Of a stretch of DNA of 29,133 bases, positions 23,263 to 29,133 are shown in pieces; position 1 is the stretch's first letter; the number at the start of each line of letters is the position of its first letter. Source of the DNA: Octopus sinensis. Lineage: Eukaryota. A model generated the notes under the pieces. That model ran no database searches. It was given only the letters and a program-made list of their open reading frames with translations, and was not told the DNA's origin. The position numbers were made by a program, and so were the translations under genes. The stretch covers positions 1 to 29,133 of the forward strand of contig NW_021833135.1 of the NCBI RefSeq assembly GCF_006345805.1, given 5' to 3'.

Positions 23263-23750
23263 TTGAGTGAGAGAGCAGTTCATGCCATCAAAGTGACACT
23301 GGGGTAAAATATACGAAGCCCAATATACCCATCATGACTACCCGTCTGATAAAGGTACACCAGGCACATGCATCACAACCATATGTGCGCGACATGGTGA
23401 TCTCATATCAAGATAAACAGCACATGACCTTGCAGGTGGGGCCCAGTTAGAATTTTCTTCAGGTTGAGTAGCCCATCCCGCTCAAACGGTCCCTGAATAA
23501 GGGTTGTTTAAGGATGTTGAAAGAACCACCCATGTTTCCAGAGGTGAACTATTCAAACCCCAAAGAATCCCTCTCAACACATGGCTATGATGCTCCCCCA
23601 CTACTTCTGCTCATGATCAGAGATGCACATATCGTCAGCCACTAAGGGACATGCTCAACTGGTTAAGGTCAAACAACTGACAAGCAAATCTGTGGTATTG
23701 AGCAGAATATTTGCTGTAGCCCATCTTTTATACCAAGACAAAACAATGTA
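23263..23750 (-). repeat. ~0.5-kb non-coding interspersed element bounded by (ATT)n, copy B
   Basis: Homologous to 12794-13282; lacks ~70 bp at one end. Confidence 0.8.
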
Positions 23751-23837
23751 TCATTATTATTATTATTATTATTATTATCATTATTATTATTATTATTGTT
23801 ATTGTTATTGTTATTGTTGTTGTTGTTGTTGTTGTTA

Positions 23838-23869
<32 letters not shown>

Positions 23870-24214
23870 GTTATTATTATTATTATTATCATCATCATTA
23901 TCATTATCATTATCATTATTATCATTATTATCATTATTATCATTTTTATCATTATTATCATTATTATTATTATTATTATTATCATTATTATTATTATTAT
24001 TATCATTATTATTATTATCATTATTATTATTATTATCCTTATTATTATTATTATCATTATTATTATTATCATTATTATTATTATTATCCTTATTATTATT
24101 ATTATCATTATTATTAATATTATTATTATTATTATCATTATTATTATTATTATTATCATTATTATCATTATTATTATTATTATTATTAATATTACTATTA
24201 CTACTACTACTACA

Positions 24215-24254
<40 letters not shown>

Positions 24255-24262
24255 ACTACTAC

Positions 24263-24299
<37 letters not shown>
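23751..24299. repeat. (ATT)n/(ATC)n/(ACT)n compound microsatellite abutting the exon 4 acceptor
   Basis: Direct reading. Confidence 0.95.
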
Positions 24300-24300
<1 letters not shown>

Positions 24301-24306
24301 CTACAG

Positions 24307-24574
24307 TGTAGATCACATAGATGTTCCGGACATGAACGAACAAGCGCATATTTGGACGGGTGGTAGCGTGTCAGACTACAACCGAATGTCTTTCACAGCT
24401 GCCTGTGAAATCGATTTGAAACGATTCCCATTTGATACACAGACTTGTGAATTGGTCTTCGGATCCTGGTTGTTCAGCGGTGATTTTGTGAACCTTACGA
24501 CGAGATTTGATAATCCTTATATATATCACGAGAGAGGTTTCAGCAAGTGGCATATCGAGAGTGCAAAAGCCAAA
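24307..24574 (+). CDS. Coding exon 4 of the nAChR-like subunit (loop E, Cys-loop, loop B, loop F); the gene continues beyond this exon
   Basis: cctacag acceptor and GTAAGG donor (24575). TA+T joins as Tyr, then VDHIDVPDMNEQAHIWTGGSVSDYNRMSFTAACEIDLKRFPFDTQTCELVFGSWLFSGDFVNLTTRFDNPYIYHERGFSKWHIESAKAK. Contains the C-x13-C Cys-loop (24404-24448) with FPFD, FGSW loop B and an N-L-T sequon. Confidence 0.97.
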
Positions 24575-24604
24575 GTAAGGAAAGACAACTCTTTATGTTT
24601 ATTC

Positions 24605-25005
24605 TGTTATTCTTTTACTTGTGTCGGTCATTTGAATGCGGTCATGCTGGAGCACCGCCTTGAAGGGTTTTTTTTTAGTCAAACAAATTGACGCAAGGTC
24701 TTTATTCTTTGTAACCATAGTACTTATTCTATTGGTCGCTTTTGACGAACCGCTAATTTACAGGAACATAAACACACCAACTTTGGTTGTCAAGCGATGG
24801 CAGGGGACAAACACTGGCACATACAAACATACACACACATATATACGACAGGCTTCTTTCAGTTTCCGTCTACCAAATCCACTCACAAGGCTTTGGTGTG
24901 CTCGAGGCTATAGTTAGAAGACACTTGCCCAAGGTGCCACACTGTGGGACTGAACCTGCAACTATGTGGTTAAGAAGCAAGATTTTTACCACACAGCCAC
25001 GCCTG
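24605..25005 (-). mobile_element. Near full-length tRNA-derived CORE-type SINE with internal microsatellite
   Basis: Minus strand has a GTGGCTGTGTGGTAA...GGTTCAGTCCCAC head, then GGCACCTTGGGCAAGTGTCTTCT (CORE-like), a (TG)-rich spacer and a tail ending in GTAAAAGA repeats. Many partial copies occur elsewhere in the window. Confidence 0.75.
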
Positions 25006-25354
25006 GACCTTTATTTATTTGATTTTTTTTTGTTTTTGAAGGTCTTCGGGAAAACAAATGTCTGGCATTACTTGTTCCAGCACTTTACGCTCTGATTTCA
25101 AATCGCACCGTGATCAGTGTTGTTGTTCTCATCCTCCTCTTCATTTTTAGGATTCTGCTGCCTTGTCAAAAGCTGGACAAAAATGGCAAGACAAGTGAGA
25201 CTGAATGTATCAACTCTGAGAATATGCTTTCTCCTAAGCAGGAGGAAAGAAATTGGAAGAGGGCACCTTCTTATGCCTTGGGGATAGCAGAGTAACCCGA
25301 GACTTGTGCGTGAGGTTTACCCCCAATTACCCCAAGTGGACTGCTACCTATTGG

Positions 25355-26400
25355 GAGATTCTAATTATTAATTATTCATTTTTCTAATTTCTATTTCTAT
25401 TTCTTCCCCTTTTCGTCCATTGTCTTTTCCGGTTATGTTGGTACCAAGCACCCGTAACCTCATATCCATATTTACGCCATAGTTGCCAGTGGAGGTTTTT
25501 GGTTACCTTGTCGTGTCTACACTTGTACTCTTTCTGCGCAATACTTTCACAAGCACTAACAATGTGAGTCACACGTTCGACCCTCTTCCCACACATTCTG
25601 CAGAGGTCCGATGCACTTGTGTGGTGTATATTCTTTTACACTGAGTTGGTATTCAATGCCTGATCCCAGGCAGCTATTATTAGGCTTTCAGTCTGCTTTT
25701 ACTAGGTCATCCTTGCTGAGCTACTTCCATGATGCTTCCTGTTTTTTTAAGTTACTAGCTTCATGGTGGAACTAACCATGAAATTCCATGCGGAGTAGAG
25801 TTTCTTCTCTCTCGTTGGCTGTTCTTGGCTGTTCTTGATCGGAATTCATGAGCACTCTCAAGTTCATTTTTGGTAAATCCTTCTACATTAGTAGCATACT
25901 GTAGCAGGTCTTAAGTGTTGTTTACCAAATATTCTGCCATGTTTCTTCTTTCGCTGTTGATGCACTCCCGTACGCTAATCAGCTCACGTCCACCTTTACA
26001 CCTCATCATGTAGAGCCTGTGTATGTTCACCTTAGGGTAGAGGGCACCATGGATTGTTATTGTCTTTCGGGTAGTGCGATAGAGTTGGATAATCTCCGTT
26101 TGTGTCCATTTCCGGATGGGTACACCATTGTGGACTACAACAACAACCCATATGTTGAGGGCTGTCACAAGGTTCCTTGAGTTTGAGTTTTTATTTCAAG
26201 AGAAGTTTCATGCCCATGAAACATGCAGCGATGACCTTATCTTTCAATTCTCTGTGCAAGTATTGCCCAGCTCCAGAACCCCAAAGTACTTGTACCCATC
26301 ATCATACGGGTCTTTTCCACTCTTCCTGTTTTAAAGTGATGGATCTAAGGTGTACGTAAATTAGGTGGCCAGACTCTGCACAAGGAGCACACAATCACCC
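25355..26400 (-). mobile_element. Decayed R4/Dong-like retrotransposon, RT C-terminus plus CCHC region
   Basis: YKYFGVLE, HRLYMMRCKGGRELISV and CRMCGKRVERVTHIVSACESIAQKEYKCRHDKV...LHWQL occur in broken frames. Confidence 0.8.
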
Positions 26401-26449
26401 TATATATATATATATATATATATATAATACATATATACATATACAGACA

Positions 26450-26500
<51 letters not shown>

Positions 26501-26580
26501 ATATATATATATATATATATAATAATATATATATATATTAATATATATAAGCGGGAAAGAAGCAACAAGAATGGATAGGT

Positions 26581-26671
26581 TTTTAGTACAATCGTTTCAT
26601 ACAAGGACAGGCTTTATTAAAAGTTGTAAAAATTACAGCATATTAACGTGTCCCGTACTCATCAGCTAAAA
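26581..26671 (-). ncRNA. Type I hammerhead ribozyme with long stem II, in the left terminal inverted repeat
   Basis: Minus strand reads TTTTAG-CTGATGA-GTACGGGACA...TGTCCTTGTAT-GAAA-C GATT G-TA-CTAAAA. Perfect 6-bp stem I, GUA triplet. Confidence 0.8.
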
Positions 26672-28523
26672 TACATGTGAGTTCTCTAGACATCCTAGTG
26701 GTTGAGGCTATACTCATGAAGTAATGTAGATAATTAAGTAACATAAACATAAACAGATTTCCAAAGTTCATTACAGTTCTTTAAAGATGATGTACAGTCT
26801 TATCACAGAATTTTAAAAAAGTTTTAATAGCATCACAGAGAAGGTGACCTAATCCATAGAGCACATATGAATTTCCAGAGATATGATGAGGGATTACATA
26901 CTCACAGAAGACAAATAGTAGGGTTGGTTGCCAACTATGCTCCATGGAGACGTATGAAATTCTAAAGCATAGAAAACATAGAAACTTATTGAATAACCAT
27001 ATCGAACTAGGTCAAGTTTGTGTCCACGCTAAATTGAAGACTTTAAAATATTTTAAATGATTAGAATATTCGTAACTAGATAGATAGATATAACTTGATT
27101 TCTACTAGTATAGCACTGCTTTAAGTAGATAACTAAGAGTTCTCACACTACAGTTATCTTTTTCCTTATATCTGATTCAGTTTTGTTTGAGAACAGGGAA
27201 ATGAATAGTACTTATACGCTGCTTAATTGAGGCTTTATTAATTTCAAACTCATAATTTTTAAATTCTTAATTTTAAATCTTAATTGTAATTTTTAATTTT
27301 AATTCCTAACTTAATCTAATTTAAGTAGCAGCATAACTCTAATAAAATAAAATGAGTTTCTATAGCCCCATAATTCTATTTCAAAATTAAATAAATAAGG
27401 CTACCCCCGGTGATAATATGATTATCTTCATTATGATAGACAATCCCCTAACACCTTGTAAATGATCTTCTAAGATTTGACCTGTAGTCCGTCAATGTAT
27501 GAATAATAACGGCAACTCCTTAAGACAATAAAATGAATAAATTAAATAAGTAAATTTAATGACTTTTTGATAAGATTATACTTAGATTTTCCTAATGTAT
27601 TTTCTTTTGATTTTAGCATCTGACCCCTAAACCCCTGACTGTGTTATCTCTTTAGATTCTCTTTAAATTCATAGCTGATTTCAACAGCAATAAATTAGCT
27701 GTTTTACTGGTCAAAGAATAATATTCTCCTCTAGTTCCTAGATGCCTGTAAATTAAAACCAGACTTGCCGTCTACTATTCTTCTGTATAACTAGAACCCT
27801 CTTTTTCTTTTTCTTTTTTTCCCTTCTTTCCCTATTTCTTTCTCTTTTTCTTTTTCTTTTCTTTTTCTTCTTCTCTTCTCTTTTTCCTTTCTCTTCTCTT
27901 TTAGTCCCCTTTCCCCCCCTTTTTTGCTCCCTCCTCCTTTATTTTCTCTCTTTTCTTCTATTCCCGTCCCTTTCTATTATTTGCCTCTCTAGAAAGCCCT
28001 TCAGCTTTAAAAGTTAAATAGCTACAGCCTCTTGTAATAGCAGTAATGTGTGATAATGTGGCAAATACCTAATCATATAACAAGAATTGATACCTACCTC
28101 ATTGTGTTCAACCACTGATAAATTTATCGCCTGTGAATATGAAATTCCTCTTCATTTCTCTGGAAATTTACATCTACACCATTGGAGATTGTGCATCTAT
28201 ACAAAGGATTAATTCACCCTCTCTGTAATGCTAATAAGCAGGAATTGAGACCCACCTCGTTGTGATAACAATGGATAAATTTGTCTTCTGTGAGTATGTA
28301 ATCCCTCATCATATCTCTGGAAATTCATATGTGCTCTATGGATTAGGTCACCTTCTCTGTGATGCTATTAAAACTTTTTTAAAATTCTGTGATAAGACTG
28401 TACATCATCTTTAAAGAACTGTAATGAACTTTGGAAATCTGTTTATGTTTATGTTACTTAATTATCTACATTACTTCATGAGTATAGCCTCAACCACTAG
28501 GATGTCTAGAGAACTCACATGTA

Positions 28524-28617
28524 TTTTAGCTGATGAGTACGGGACACGTTTATATGCTGTAATTTTTACAACTTTTAATAAAGCCTGCTGTCCTTGTATG
28601 AAACGATTGTACTAAAA
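28524..28617 (+). ncRNA. Type I hammerhead ribozyme with long stem II, in the right terminal inverted repeat (sense to the receptor gene)
   Basis: TTTTAG 28524-29, CTGATGA 28530-36, GAAA 28600-03, GTA 28609-11, CTAAAA 28612-17. Confidence 0.8.
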
Positions 28618-28874
28618 ACCTATCCATTCTTGTTGCTTCTTCCCGCTTATAATCACCCCGCATATGTATTGTTAAAACAGTATAGTTTTTGGTGCTTGCA
28701 TCTAAGTTAGGTACCATATTCAAGTAAATTCATTTAAATTAACTTGAATCTTTATTGGTTTTGTTATATATATATAATATACATATATATATATATAATG
28801 TACCTATGTATGTATACACACACACACATATACATATACATATACATAAATATATATATATATATATATATTAT

Positions 28875-28928
<54 letters not shown>

Positions 28929-29133
28929 ACCGGATTAAGCACATAAATGTGAAACAAGGTGGAAATAAGTACTCAAATACTAGAGGTAGAAGAATACGCT
29001 TTATTTAAATTAGCAGAAAATTCACAAAAGCTGTTACTAACAAAACTGTCCGAAGAACGGGAACGTGAAATTCCGAGTGATATTTCTGGTGATTTTAAAT
29101 AAAGCATATATGTATGTATGTATGTATGTATGT

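Larger units (their letters stand above)
26401..28650. mobile_element. ~2.25-kb insertion with ~370-bp HHR-containing terminal inverted repeats (Penelope-like inverted pseudo-LTR architecture)
   Basis: 26547-26916 is the near-identical reverse complement of 28279-28650. AATCACCC occurs at 26393-26400 and 28651-28658, a possible target-site duplication. The interior is AT-rich with no intact ORF. Confidence 0.65.

Noticed and set aside
25110-25295. Hydrophobic ORF (VISVVVLILLFIFRILLP) as the receptor's transmembrane exon
   Set aside because: There is no loop C or RR/P..Y pre-M1 motif, and the nearby acceptor read in the required phase 0 hits a stop within 16 codons.

Overview
Eukaryotic, AT-rich, microsatellite-dense DNA, most likely from an octopus genome. 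This is inferred from the tRNA-derived SINE families and the gene content, not proven. One protein-coding gene is reconstructable, and the ORF track shows it only in fragments: a + strand, nicotinic-acetylcholine-receptor-like Cys-loop channel subunit. Its first four coding exons are 7403-7487, 16244-16389, 19742-19893 and 24307-24574. They splice in frame (phases 1, 0, 2) into 217 codons covering the signal peptide and most of the extracellular domain, including the C-x13-C loop. Loop C and the transmembrane exons were not found and probably lie beyond the window. The loop D Trp and the loop E W/Y-x-PP motif are lost, making it a candidate cephalopod chemotactile or atypical nAChR-like receptor. 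The other main signal is a set of type I hammerhead ribozyme (HHR) folds found by manual base-pairing. Seven have a canonical CUGANGA/GAAA core: a sense-strand tandem pair 481 nt apart in intron 1 (retrozyme or Penelope pseudo-LTR architecture), an inverted pair in ~370-bp terminal repeats of a 2.25-kb insertion in intron 4, and three single copies. A further four-copy family has a non-canonical CUGUNGA core. The rest is SINEs, decayed LINE fragments (R4/Dong-like and Tx1/L1-like) and simple repeats. Most long ORFs in the track are microsatellite artefacts.
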